From positions 1,015 to 65,014 of the forward strand of contig JAJYWN010000011.1 of NCBI GenBank assembly GCA_021791495.1: a stretch of DNA of 64,000 nucleotides. Reading direction: 5' to 3'. Positions 1 to 9,053 of the stretch are shown in pieces. The position numbers were made by a program, and so were the translations under genes. The notes beneath the pieces are model-generated. The model ran no database searches and was not told the origin of the DNA. It worked only from the letters and a program-made list of their open reading frames with translations. The DNA is from Bacillota bacterium (GTDB lineage Bacteria > Bacillota > Sulfobacillia > JAJYWN01). Within the stretch, counting starts at the first letter, position 1, and every line of letters begins with the position of its first letter.

Positions 1-186
1 GTACCGGTGACCTACGGAATCGATGTGATCCGTGGCTTCGTGCTGGGCACTAGGACACTCTTGCCGGTGAACCTGGAAGTGACCATCCTGCTTGCTGTCA
101 TGATCGTTTTCGTGTCCGCCGGATACCTCGTCTTCCGTCGGGTCGAACGCATAGTGCGGACCGCAGGGAACCTCGGCTTCCACTAG
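1..186 (+). CDS. C-terminal fragment of an ABC-2 type transporter permease; gene starts upstream of the window
   Basis: Frame 1 is open from base 1 to TAG at 184-186 with high GC3. The translation ...YGIDVIRGFVLG...LLAVMIVFVSAGYLVFRRVER resembles the C-terminal TM helix of ABC-2 permeases. Confidence 0.45.
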   Translation, partial: VPVTYGIDVIRGFVLGTRTLLPVNLEVTILLAVMIVFVSAGYLVFRRVERIVRTAGNLGFH

Positions 187-237
187 TGCCGCTAGCGCCG
201 CCGCCGGGTGCCTCGCGACCTTGGGGCGGATCACCGC

Positions 238-1329
238 TCACCAGGTGGCGGCGTGTTCTCCGTAGCCGTCGTTCTCCGAGCGGCGCATGCGCGTCATGAG
301 GTCGGCCACCGCTTCGGCGGGCGCCTTGCCCTGGAAGATCACCTGATAGACCTGTTCAAGGATGGGCATCTCCACCCCACCGCGCGCCGCCAGATCGCGG
401 GCCGCGGCAGTGGTGCGCACACCTTCCACCACCATGGGTGTGCTTCCCAAATGCCTCTCAAGGTTCTCCCCGCGGCCGATGGCCAGGCCGGCGCGCCGGT
501 TTCGGGAGAGGTCGCCGGTGCATGTGAGAAGCAAATCCCCCACCCCGGCCAAGCCGGAGAAGGTCAGGGGATGGGCGTCCAGGGCCACTCCGAGGCGAGT
601 CATTTCGGCCAGCCCCCGGGTGATGACCGCGGCCCGGGCGTTCAGGCCCAGCCCCAGACCGTCGGCGATGCCGGTGCAGATGGCGTAGACGTTCTTCAGG
701 GCCCCGGCGATCTCCACCCCGACTACGTCGGGAGACGTGTACACCCGTAAAGCGGGGCTGACCAGCGCGTCCTGGACCGCTTCGGCCCACTCGCGGCGGG
801 CGGAAGCCACGACCGTCGCTGCCGGTTGGCGCCGGGCCACTTCCGCGGCGAAATTCGGCCCAGAAATGACGGCCACGCCCGGCTCCTCGGGGCCCCCCGC
901 CCCTTCCGCCCCGACCGACTTGCCCTGGCCCAGTAACAACTCTTCGGCCAGGACTTCGGACATACGCTTGAAGGTGTCGGTCTCCAGACCCTTGGCGGCA
1001 CTGGCGAAAACGCGCGGCCCTCGCCGGTGGCACCGTACTGCCTCCCGGAGCACGGCACGCAAGCCGTGTGAAGGCACTGCCAGGATGACGACGGCGGCCC
1101 CTTCCAGGGCATCGCCCAGTTCGGAGGTGACGTGGACTTCGTCGGGAATCCGAACGCCCGCCAGATAACGGTCGTTACAGCGCGTGGCCGCCACTTCCGC
1201 CGCGAATTCGGGGCGCCGGGCCCATAGCCAGGACGGGCGGCCGTTGGTGGCCACCACAGAGGCCAGGGCCGTGCCCCAGCCTCCAGCCCCCAGGACGGCA
1301 ACTTTTCCGTCAGTCACCTTGATGCCCAC
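238..1329 (-). CDS. gpsA: NAD(P)H-dependent glycerol-3-phosphate dehydrogenase
   Basis: VAVLGAGGWGTALAS Rossmann motif plus GpsA-like downstream blocks (KGLE, ALKNVYAI). The ORF-track N-terminal 117 aa overlap plsY and are not GpsA-like; the likely start is the GTG at 1329 (KVGIKVTDGKVAVLGAG). Confidence 0.88.
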   Translation of the reverse strand: MGIKVTDGKVAVLGAGGWGTALASVVATNGRPSWLWARRPEFAAEVAATRCNDRYLAGVRIPDEVHVTSELGDALEGAAVVILAVPSHGLRAVLREAVRCHRRGPRVFASAAKGLETDTFKRMSEVLAEELLLGQGKSVGAEGAGGPEEPGVAVISGPNFAAEVARRQPAATVVASARREWAEAVQDALVSPALRVYTSPDVVGVEIAGALKNVYAICTGIADGLGLGLNARAAVITRGLAEMTRLGVALDAHPLTFSGLAGVGDLLLTCTGDLSRNRRAGLAIGRGENLERHLGSTPMVVEGVRTTAAARDLAARGGVEMPILEQVYQVIFQGKAPAEAVADLMTRMRRSENDGYGEHAATW

Positions 1330-1996
1330 CTTTCGCACCCTTCGACGTCCCTGTCTCCGCTCCCGTCCCCGACCCCGGGTCCACTCGCTGTCCAAACTTT
1401 GACTCGGTGCCGGCCAAGAGGCGACGCAGGTTGGATTGGTGCCGGTACAGGATGATGGCCGCGGCGTAGACCAAGAAGAGACGGTACGGCAGCGGCAGGC
1501 CAGGCCAGAAAAGACCAAGGACCGCCGCGACAGCGGCACCCGCCATGGACCCCAGCGAGACATAGCGGGTAGCGACGACCAGGACGAGGAAGACGACCAC
1601 GGCCGCCGCGCCCAGAGCCGGCATGAAGAACAAGAGCACCCCGGAACTGGCCGCCACGCTCTTCCCGCCCTTAAAACCAAGGAAGATGGACCAGCTATGC
1701 CCGGTGATGACCGCGGCGCCGCCGATGGCCACGCCCCAGAAGGGATCTCCCGTGACGTACCGTCCCAGCAAGGCCGCGACGAGTCCTTTAGATACGTCCA
1801 GCAGGGCGACGACGATGGCCAGACCGGCCCCGAAGACCCTTAACGTGTTGGTGGCGCCGATCGCGCCGCTGCCGTGTTTGCGGATGTCCACGCCGCGGGT
1901 TTTCCCGGCCAGGTAGCCGAAGGGCACTGAACCTAACAGATATCCCAGGATGGCCGCGACCGCCACGCTGGTCGCGGAAAGGCTGGCGGGCTGCAT
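1310..1996 (-). CDS. plsY: glycerol-3-phosphate acyltransferase PlsY
   Basis: 228 aa multi-TM protein with the PlsY signature DIRKHGSGAIGATN. It is adjacent to gpsA, as in Firmicutes. Confidence 0.9.
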   Translation of the reverse strand: MQPASLSATSVAVAAILGYLLGSVPFGYLAGKTRGVDIRKHGSGAIGATNTLRVFGAGLAIVVALLDVSKGLVAALLGRYVTGDPFWGVAIGGAAVITGHSWSIFLGFKGGKSVAASSGVLLFFMPALGAAAVVVFLVLVVATRYVSLGSMAGAAVAAVLGLFWPGLPLPYRLFLVYAAAIILYRHQSNLRRLLAGTESKFGQRVDPGSGTGAETGTSKGAKGGHQGD

Positions 1997-2003
1997 GTGG
2001 CGA

Positions 2004-3323
2004 TTACCCCTTTCGGTCCTTGGCCCGGAAGACGAACCGCAACGGAGTGCCCGAGTAATCGTAGCGGTCGCGGATTTGGTTCTCCAGGTAACGGTGGTAG
2101 GAATAGTGGACCAGTTCCGGATCGTTCACTAGGAAAATGAAGGTGGGTGGGCGCACCGCCGCCTGGTTCACCAAGTGCACCTTCAACCGGCGCCCCTTGT
2201 CGGCGCGCGGCGGGTTAATGACCATGGCCTCTTTCACCAAGTCGGTGAGCTTGTTCGTGGGCACCTCGGCCGTTTGCGACCGGGCGATCTCGTCGATGGT
2301 CTCCATCACCCGCGGCAGGCGCTGCCCAGTCTTGGCCGAGATGAACAGGACCGGCGCGTAGGGCATGAAGGCCAGGCCTTGGCGAAGCTTCTCCTCAAAA
2401 CGCGGCGCGCTCTTCTCGTCCTTCTCCACCAGGTCCCACTTGTTGACGACCAGCGCCGCGCCGCGCCCCGCTTCGTGCACGTACCCGGCGATGCGCTGGT
2501 CCTGCTCCGTCAGGCCCTCAACGGCGTCGATAAGGATGAGGCAGATGTGGGCGCGGTCCACGGCTTTCAGGGTCCGGATGACCCCGTACCGCTCGACCGG
2601 CGACGTGATACGGGCCTTACGGCGCAATCCGGCGGTATCCACCAGGACATAGCGCCGTCCGTCCTTCACCAGTTCGGTGTCGATGGCGTCGCGCGTGGTG
2701 CCCGGAATGTCGCTGACGATGACCCGATCCTGGCCCAGCAGCGCATTGACGAGGGACGACTTCCCGACGTTCGGGCGGCCCACCACGGCGACCCGCACCC
2801 CCGGGCCCTCCTCTTCTTCCCCATCCGGAGCCGGAAGCCGCTGGACGATGGCCTCCAGTAAGTCGCCGATGCCCAGTCCATGCTCGGCCGAGACCGGCAA
2901 CGGATCACCCAACCCCAGGGAGTAGAACTCGCCGACCTGCTGCTCGATCTCAAGGGTATCCGCCTTGTTGGCCACCAGCAGCACCGGCTTGGAACTCCGT
3001 CTCAATACCTCAGCTACCTCGGGGTCGCTGGGCGACAACCCCTCGCGAGCGTCCACCACCATGAGGACCAAATCGGCATCGCCGATAGCCAGCTCGGCCT
3101 GGCGGATGGTCATTTCGCGGATGTTCTCTTTACTGCCGAACTCCATGCCGCCCGTGTCCACCAGGGTGAAGACGCGGCCATCCCACTCGGCATCGGCGTA
3201 AATGCGGTCGCGCGTGACTCCGGGCTCCGCTTCGACGATGGCGATGCGGCTCTGGGTCAGGCGGTTGAACAGCGACGATTTGCCCACGTTCACACGCCCC
3301 ACGATGGCAACGACCGGTTTCAA
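2004..3323 (-). CDS. der: ribosome-biogenesis GTPase Der (EngA), tandem GTPase domains
   Basis: Two G domains (GRVNVGKSSLFN... and GRPNVGKSSLVN...DTAGLRR) plus a KH-like C-terminus; 439 aa. Confidence 0.93.
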   Translation of the reverse strand: MKPVVAIVGRVNVGKSSLFNRLTQSRIAIVEAEPGVTRDRIYADAEWDGRVFTLVDTGGMEFGSKENIREMTIRQAELAIGDADLVLMVVDAREGLSPSDPEVAEVLRRSSKPVLLVANKADTLEIEQQVGEFYSLGLGDPLPVSAEHGLGIGDLLEAIVQRLPAPDGEEEEGPGVRVAVVGRPNVGKSSLVNALLGQDRVIVSDIPGTTRDAIDTELVKDGRRYVLVDTAGLRRKARITSPVERYGVIRTLKAVDRAHICLILIDAVEGLTEQDQRIAGYVHEAGRGAALVVNKWDLVEKDEKSAPRFEEKLRQGLAFMPYAPVLFISAKTGQRLPRVMETIDEIARSQTAEVPTNKLTDLVKEAMVINPPRADKGRRLKVHLVNQAAVRPPTFIFLVNDPELVHYSYHRYLENQIRDRYDYSGTPLRFVFRAKDRKG

Positions 3324-4738
3324 CCCGCCACCTCCTTGAGTTTTGAGACCAGCGACCGCCCGTCGGCCGGTACCACTTCCACGGCCAGTCCGGTGGCGAC
3401 AGCCACGTCTTCCGGGGACAGGTCGTCAAGGAAGACACCGTCCCCTTCCCTCACGGTCACCGATGGAAGGAAGACGTGCTCCGGACGGCGCCCGGCACCG
3501 ACTTGGGCCTCGAGGGCCCGCCGGATATCTTCGCCGGAAAGAAGACCGGCCACGGTCACCGAAGGGCCGAGGAACTGGTTCTCCACCGGTACTACCGAAA
3601 CCTGGGCGCCGCTGACCTTCTCCAACCTGGGGATGAGTCCGGCCAGCACCGGCGCGAAAAGTGTGCCGGTAACGAGAGCCACTTGCGGGCGGCGGCGGGC
3701 GACCGCCCGTGGCTGGACCCCAGACCGCTCCGGGACCTTCTCCGCCGGAAGCGCGCCTGCCGCCGGACGGGCCCGGGCGACATCGTCCAGGAAGAGACGT
3801 ACCAGTCCGACCCCATTCGCGAGCTGCGGGAAGTCACCGTAGAAGCGCCGCCCCGGAACGCTTTTTCCGGCTTTCAGGTAGAATTCGTCGCTGGCATAGA
3901 GGAAGTCCGCGACCCCATGGTCCCGGCCCAATTCGTCCCGTAACCCTTCCAACTGGCTCAGCACTTCGCGGGCCTTCTCCCGGTCCACCGGGGACACCGC
4001 GGGAAGATCGGAGCGGTGGCCAGTCAAGCCCACGGGCACCACTGCTAAGGAGGCGACGCCAGGCCACAGACCGCCCAGGTCCCGCACGGTCTGGTCCAGT
4101 ACGGCGCCGTCGTTGATTCCGGGGCAGAGCACCACCTGACCATGAACGGTGATGCCGGCTCCGGTGAGCTGACGCAGCCGGTCCATGACCCCGGCCGCGC
4201 CCCACCCCATCATGAACGTCCGCACCTGGTCGGAGGTGGCGTGGACCGACACGTATAGCGGCGAAAGACGGTACTCTGTAATGCGCCGGAGGTCGGCCGC
4301 GGAGAGGTTGGTCATGGTGACGTACGCACCTTGGAGAAAGGAGAGGCGGAAATCGTCGTCCTTGATGTAGAGCGATGGCCGACGGCCTTTCGGCATCTGG
4401 TCGACGAAGCAAAAACGGCAGCGGTTCCGGCAGACCGCCAGCCGGTCGAAAACGGCCGACCCGAAGGACAGGCCCAGGCCGTCGTCACAGTCCTTCTCGA
4501 TGTCCACGACCCACTCTTCGCCCGAAGGTTTGACCACTTTCAACTGGATCTCTTCAGCGGCGACGGCGTAGCGGTAGTCGATGAGGTCACGGAGCTTCCG
4601 GCCGTCCACGGATACCAGAACGTCACCGGGTTCGAGGCCCACCTGCGCCCCGATGCTACCCGGCTCCACGGCGGTGATCTCGCCTCCGGCCACCTTGACC
4701 GCGGTGGGAGACGAGGTATGACCGGACCCAGTGCCCAT
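3320..4738 (-). CDS. DUF512 protein (PDZ domain + radical-SAM-like CxxxCxFC region), conserved der-upstream gene in Firmicutes
   Basis: N-terminal PDZ-like region (GSIGAQVGLEPGDVLVSVDG), the CRNRCRFCF motif and a long DUF512-like C-terminus. Overlaps der by 4 nt. Confidence 0.78.
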   Translation of the reverse strand: MGTGSGHTSSPTAVKVAGGEITAVEPGSIGAQVGLEPGDVLVSVDGRKLRDLIDYRYAVAAEEIQLKVVKPSGEEWVVDIEKDCDDGLGLSFGSAVFDRLAVCRNRCRFCFVDQMPKGRRPSLYIKDDDFRLSFLQGAYVTMTNLSAADLRRITEYRLSPLYVSVHATSDQVRTFMMGWGAAGVMDRLRQLTGAGITVHGQVVLCPGINDGAVLDQTVRDLGGLWPGVASLAVVPVGLTGHRSDLPAVSPVDREKAREVLSQLEGLRDELGRDHGVADFLYASDEFYLKAGKSVPGRRFYGDFPQLANGVGLVRLFLDDVARARPAAGALPAEKVPERSGVQPRAVARRRPQVALVTGTLFAPVLAGLIPRLEKVSGAQVSVVPVENQFLGPSVTVAGLLSGEDIRRALEAQVGAGRRPEHVFLPSVTVREGDGVFLDDLSPEDVAVATGLAVEVVPADGRSLVSKLKEVAG

Positions 4739-4764
4739 GAATTAGAACCTCGTATTAAGACCTG

Positions 4765-5781
4765 TTACTGTTCATTATCCGGCAGGCTCACGCGACCGTC
4801 AAGGGAAAGGCGCGGAACGACGCCTTCTACCAGCCTGATGAAGGAGTAGTAGCGCTGCAGGACCCCCGCCACCGCCAAAGGGCGCCCCCACCACGGCAGG
4901 CCCAGGCCCCGCGACACGAACCCGCCGAGTTTGGCCAGCCAATTGGCGGCTGTCAGGCTGTTGACCATCGTGAGGGAGCCATCGGGTAGTCCATAGGACT
5001 TGACCAAGTCGTTGATGGCGCGCACCAGAATGTGTTTTCCGGTGGCCAGACCGACGATGTACACCTCGCGCCCGTCCCGGTCGTCCCCGATGTAGAACAC
5101 GGTGCCGAGCAGCTTGGCGCTGACACGGTCGAAATGCGGCAAGGCCAGGACTTCCTCCGGCGTCGGTTTGCGCCTGACCGGTAGTTTCCTGGTGTGGATG
5201 GCCGAGGCCACCACCGAGGAGTGAGAACTGCCGTAGCAGTGGTACAGTACTTTCGGCCCCGGACGGGTCGCCAAGGGGGCGGGCGACGGCGATACGCCAC
5301 GTTCTTGGGCTACCCTTGTCAGGCGGCGCTCGACCTCGCCCCGTGTCCGGTCGACGATTCTCTTGATGTTCAAGAATCCCTTGCGGGTCCCCCAAGCCAC
5401 CAGGGGGCGCCCGATGGTAACCAGGCCCAACCCGCGTGACAGGACGCCCCCGAGGCGCATGGCCAGGTTCACGCCGGGGAGGGTGTCCGTCATGACCAAG
5501 TCGTCGTGGGGAATGCCGTAAGCTAAGGCTATCCCCCGGAGGGCCCGGCGGGCGATAGTGTGGTAGCGGCGGCAGCCCAGGACGTAGACCTCGACCCCAG
5601 GCTGGGCGTCGCCGATATACGTCAACCGCCCGTGGTCGGCCGGAGTGGCCTGGTCGAAATGAGGCAGCCGCCTTATTTCCGCCGCAGTGGGACGCCGCTC
5701 ACCGGACAGGGCCCCCGTGTGGAGGGAGGCGGCCAGGACCGATGAATGGGCCCCACCGTAGTCGTAATAAACGACTTTCAA
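4765..5781 (-). CDS. tandem-duplicated DUF3189-like protein (two ~165-aa repeats)
   Basis: Internal repeat: MKVVYYDYGGAHSSVLAA...LPHFDQ...YIGDA / KVLYHCYGSSHSSVVASA...LPHFDR...YIGDD. No known catalytic motif. Confidence 0.6.
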   Translation of the reverse strand: MKVVYYDYGGAHSSVLAASLHTGALSGERRPTAAEIRRLPHFDQATPADHGRLTYIGDAQPGVEVYVLGCRRYHTIARRALRGIALAYGIPHDDLVMTDTLPGVNLAMRLGGVLSRGLGLVTIGRPLVAWGTRKGFLNIKRIVDRTRGEVERRLTRVAQERGVSPSPAPLATRPGPKVLYHCYGSSHSSVVASAIHTRKLPVRRKPTPEEVLALPHFDRVSAKLLGTVFYIGDDRDGREVYIVGLATGKHILVRAINDLVKSYGLPDGSLTMVNSLTAANWLAKLGGFVSRGLGLPWWGRPLAVAGVLQRYYSFIRLVEGVVPRLSLDGRVSLPDNEQ

Positions 5782-5783
5782 GG

Positions 5784-7046
5784 TTACCTCACGGGCTGAC
5801 GGTTGCGTTTCCGCCGCCGGAAAGGCCGGCGACCGTCACTGGTGCCCTCGCCGGTGCTTTCTCGTCTCCCCGCCAGCGCCCGGCCTCTGGCCCAGCGGAA
5901 CCGGCCGAAGAAGCTGGCCATCTCCGTGGACCACAGCTGCCGGAGCTTCTGGCGGGCCTCCGGCCAGTTGCCGGCATTGATGAACAGGAAAGCCGCCCCG
6001 CCCACCAGGACGAGCCCGAGGATCCAGGCCAGGGCAGTCAGAAAGCCCGTGTTCTGCATGGCAGCTCCGCCGCCCAGGGAACTGCCGGTGCTTTGGCCCT
6101 TCAGGAAGCTGGGCAGGGTCTGCCCGACGAAGGTGGCCGCCTGTTCGGCTTCGGCTTTGGGGTTATTCTCGCCCCCAAACTCCAGCAGGAGCGCCCGCGG
6201 GTAAAGGTCCTGGTTGTACTTGCCCACGGCCATGAAAATGCCCTTGACCAGGCCGGGGAATTTCTGGTCCAGCGCTGCTTTCAAGCTCTTGGCGACGCCA
6301 AGGTTCGCGCTCTCGGTGGGGTTGCCGCGGCCCACCACGATCATGACTTTGGTGACCAAGGCGTCGGCCACGGTCGTCTCGTAGGCCGACACGGGCGCGC
6401 TATCGCGGTGGACGTCCAATAGCAGCGTGGGCCGCTTCTTCAGCAGCTGCGTGGCGGTCCGCTTGGACCGGTCGTAGGCGGCGGCGTCGTGGGGGTTGTG
6501 CAGCGCCGGGTCCTGCGTCGCATCCAACCCGCCCTTCTTAGCCGCCAAAGCCAGGGCGGTCCCCACGGCATAGATACCGCCGTGTCCGTCGATACTCGAA
6601 GTACCGTCCCCCGGGATGTAGGATTCGTCACTATGGGTGTGATAGATGGCCACCAAAGGCTTTCCGCCGCTGGTCTGGGCGGACACGGCCTCGGGTGCGG
6701 CTCCCGCATAACCGGTCCCGGTGAGGCCCGCCTCGACCGGCTCCCGTCCGACCTCACGGGCGCGGGCGCGCAGGCCGATGACCTCGAAGACCTCGAACCT
6801 CCGGTTATCACTGTCGATGAAGACATCCCCGACGTTGACGTAGAGGCCTGTCTGCAGGATCACCCGGCCGGACTCGTCCTCGACCGTGTAGTACTGTCTG
6901 GGCAGCTCTTCCTGGCCAAAAGGAGGGGCCGTGGCGGCGCCGGCGGCGGGTCCCCCGGCCAACATCAGACCCACTGTGACCGTCAGCGTCACGGACATGG
7001 CCAAACGAGCCCACACAGCCCACCGGGGGTTACTCATTCTCTTCAC
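5784..7046 (-). CDS. spoIIP: stage II sporulation protein P (SpoIIP amidase family)
   Basis: Signal/TM N-terminus; conserved IYHTHSDESY and LLLDVHRD blocks typical of SpoIIP. Confidence 0.85.
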   Translation of the reverse strand: MKRMSNPRWAVWARLAMSVTLTVTVGLMLAGGPAAGAATAPPFGQEELPRQYYTVEDESGRVILQTGLYVNVGDVFIDSDNRRFEVFEVIGLRARAREVGREPVEAGLTGTGYAGAAPEAVSAQTSGGKPLVAIYHTHSDESYIPGDGTSSIDGHGGIYAVGTALALAAKKGGLDATQDPALHNPHDAAAYDRSKRTATQLLKKRPTLLLDVHRDSAPVSAYETTVADALVTKVMIVVGRGNPTESANLGVAKSLKAALDQKFPGLVKGIFMAVGKYNQDLYPRALLLEFGGENNPKAEAEQAATFVGQTLPSFLKGQSTGSSLGGGAAMQNTGFLTALAWILGLVLVGGAAFLFINAGNWPEARQKLRQLWSTEMASFFGRFRWARGRALAGRRESTGEGTSDGRRPFRRRKRNRQPVR

Positions 7047-7770
7047 CGTCCTTGGGAGGCCGGTTGCGTTTGCGGTGCCGGTGTTCCCGGCCCGGCTGGG
7101 AACCGGGTTGGGCTAGCTCGTCGCGGGAAGGATCGCCGCCGCGTTTCTGCTGTGGGCCCCCTTGCAGGCGTTCGCGTGTCTCGCCGATGACTTCGGCCAG
7201 GAAGACGGCCAGCAGACCCGCGATGATAGTGGTGTCGAAGGCGCCGGCTCCACCCAGCCACGTCCGTCCAGGGGACCTGGTCACCAGGAGCTGGACGTAG
7301 TGAGCCAGGTCCGCCAGGATCACTCCCAGCACGCCTGCCACGAAGGCGCCGCGCCGGGAGCGCCCGAAGAGGTAAGCCACCAGCCCGCCGGCAATGGCGT
7401 AGACATAGGTGGGGTCGATGTAGGCCCGCTCCTCGGGTCCGGCGGGCATGAGACGCCCGGCAGCGTAGATGGCCGCACCGGTCACCACCGCCCCCAAGGT
7501 GCCGCGGACTTTCTCCCACGTCGTGTCGGCGGTGACGATCAGCCAGATCGCCAGAACAGCCGGGACGATGGCGCCACCGACGTTTACGAGTAACCGCATT
7601 GGTCCCGGCACCAGAGTCACGTCCAAGAAACTGCCGACAATGATCAGGGCGATGACACCCAGGGCGGCCCGGTCGGTGAGACGCATCCGGTCCAGGACTC
7701 TTTCGGCCAAGCCGAAATAGATCAGGACCGCGACCACGATCAAGAGGATCAACCCGATGGGCAAAGGCAA
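7030..7770 (-). CDS. polytopic membrane protein (DUF1614-like, tentative)
   Basis: 246 aa with about 6 hydrophobic helices and a charged C-tail. The family assignment is from memory and tentative. Confidence 0.5.
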   Translation of the reverse strand: MPLPIGLILLIVVAVLIYFGLAERVLDRMRLTDRAALGVIALIIVGSFLDVTLVPGPMRLLVNVGGAIVPAVLAIWLIVTADTTWEKVRGTLGAVVTGAAIYAAGRLMPAGPEERAYIDPTYVYAIAGGLVAYLFGRSRRGAFVAGVLGVILADLAHYVQLLVTRSPGRTWLGGAGAFDTTIIAGLLAVFLAEVIGETRERLQGGPQQKRGGDPSRDELAQPGSQPGREHRHRKRNRPPKDGEENE

Positions 7771-7862
7771 GGGACCTACCTCCCTAAAAACCGGTGTGCG
7801 CTTCCCAAAAAACGCAGGGAATCGCAGGTTTAGGTTAACCCGGTCCCAGGGTGATAATTCGG

Positions 7863-9053
7863 CTAGCTTTGGGTATTGCGCCGTCCGCGCGCCGCCGCCC
7901 AGTCCCGCGCCAGACCGCTCAGGACCACGGGTAGGTAGGCCGCCGGACCCACGCCGGCGGCCCCCGACAGCAGCAGGACTTCCCTGATCTGGTCCAGGAA
8001 GCCGCGAAGGTAAACTTCCGCACCCCGGGGGCCGCCGGCGTCAAGGGCCCTCAAGAGGGGCGCGGCCACGGAGACAGCCTTGGCTCCCAAGGCGAAGGCT
8101 TTCACCGCATCCAGTCCGGAACGGATCCCGCCGCCGGCCACCACGTCTAGGCCGCTGCCGGCGACCTCCAGAAGAGAGATGGCCGTCGGGAGCCCCCAAC
8201 TGTAGTGCGCCGGCCGGTGTTCCGACTCCCTGCCCCCAGCCCGCCCGGCGGCTCCCCCGGTCTCCCCGCCCGGCGCCAGACGTCTGGCCGCGGCGCGGCG
8301 GCGTTCCACGTCGCGGAAATCTGTGCCGCCCGCTCCACCCACGTCGATGGCGGCCACGCCGGCTTCCTTCAAGCGGCGGGCGTGCTCCCGGGCGATGCCG
8401 GCCCCGACCTCCTTCACTATTACCGGGAAAGGCACCGCCGCGCAAACGCGCTCGATGGCCGCCAACCGTCCGCGGAAATCCCGGTCGCCTTCAGGCATGG
8501 CCAATTCCTGGGCGGCGTTCAGGTGGAGCTGCAGGGCATCGGCGTGCAGGACATCCGCCGCCCGTTTGGCGTCGTCAGGGGACGAACCGGCGGGCAGATT
8601 GGCAAAGATGATGCCGTGGGGGTTCTCATCCCGGACTACCGAGAAGGTTGCCAAGGCCTCCGGAGACTCACGGAGAATGGTCTGCGAACCAACGGCGATG
8701 GCCGCGCCGGCCAGCGCGGCGGCGCGCGATAAGGCCCGATTCGCCTCCAGGCCGCGGGCTGTGCCGCCGGTCATGGCGTTGACCACGACGGGTGTGGCCA
8801 AGCGCAGGCCGGCGACGGAAGTCGTCAAGTCAATGGAGGCCAGGTCCAATTCGGGCAGACAGTCAGGTATGAGGTGGACGTCACTGAAATGTGTCGACGG
8901 AAACGAGGACTCAGGCGCGGAAACAGCGCCAGCTTCACCCATGTCCTCAGGAGTCCTGAGTACCGCTTCGAGATGTTCGTCCTTTCTTCGGGCCCGCAGA
9001 CCTAGCTGCTGGTTTGGCGGCGGGTTTGGAGCCCGGCGCCCCGGCGCCATCAT
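7863..9053 (-). CDS. fni: type 2 isopentenyl-diphosphate delta-isomerase (FMN-dependent IDI-2)
   Basis: RKDEHL near the N-terminus, NAMTGG, IVKEVGAGI and GGTDF blocks as in B. subtilis Fni. The start is uncertain (Met at ~9053 or a later TTG/CTG). The 5' end overlaps the topA 3' end. There is a low-complexity insertion (AAARRLAPGGETGGAAGRAGGRESEH). Confidence 0.82.
   Translation of the reverse strand: MMAPGRRAPNPPPNQQLGLRARRKDEHLEAVLRTPEDMGEAGAVSAPESSFPSTHFSDVHLIPDCLPELDLASIDLTTSVAGLRLATPVVVNAMTGGTARGLEANRALSRAAALAGAAIAVGSQTILRESPEALATFSVVRDENPHGIIFANLPAGSSPDDAKRAADVLHADALQLHLNAAQELAMPEGDRDFRGRLAAIERVCAAVPFPVIVKEVGAGIAREHARRLKEAGVAAIDVGGAGGTDFRDVERRRAAARRLAPGGETGGAAGRAGGRESEHRPAHYSWGLPTAISLLEVAGSGLDVVAGGGIRSGLDAVKAFALGAKAVSVAAPLLRALDAGGPRGAEVYLRGFLDQIREVLLLSGAAGVGPAAYLPVVLSGLARDWAAARGRRNTQS

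Noticed and set aside
208-1168. Plus-strand ORFs (180 aa, 108 aa, 143 aa) antisense to gpsA.
   Set aside because: They are entirely antisense to a strongly supported gene, have low-complexity Arg/Ala/Pro-rich translations, and are typical high-GC artefacts.
2880-3842. 320-aa plus-strand ORF antisense to der and the DUF512 gene.
   Set aside because: Antisense to two conserved genes; Arg/Ser/Pro-rich translation with no motifs.
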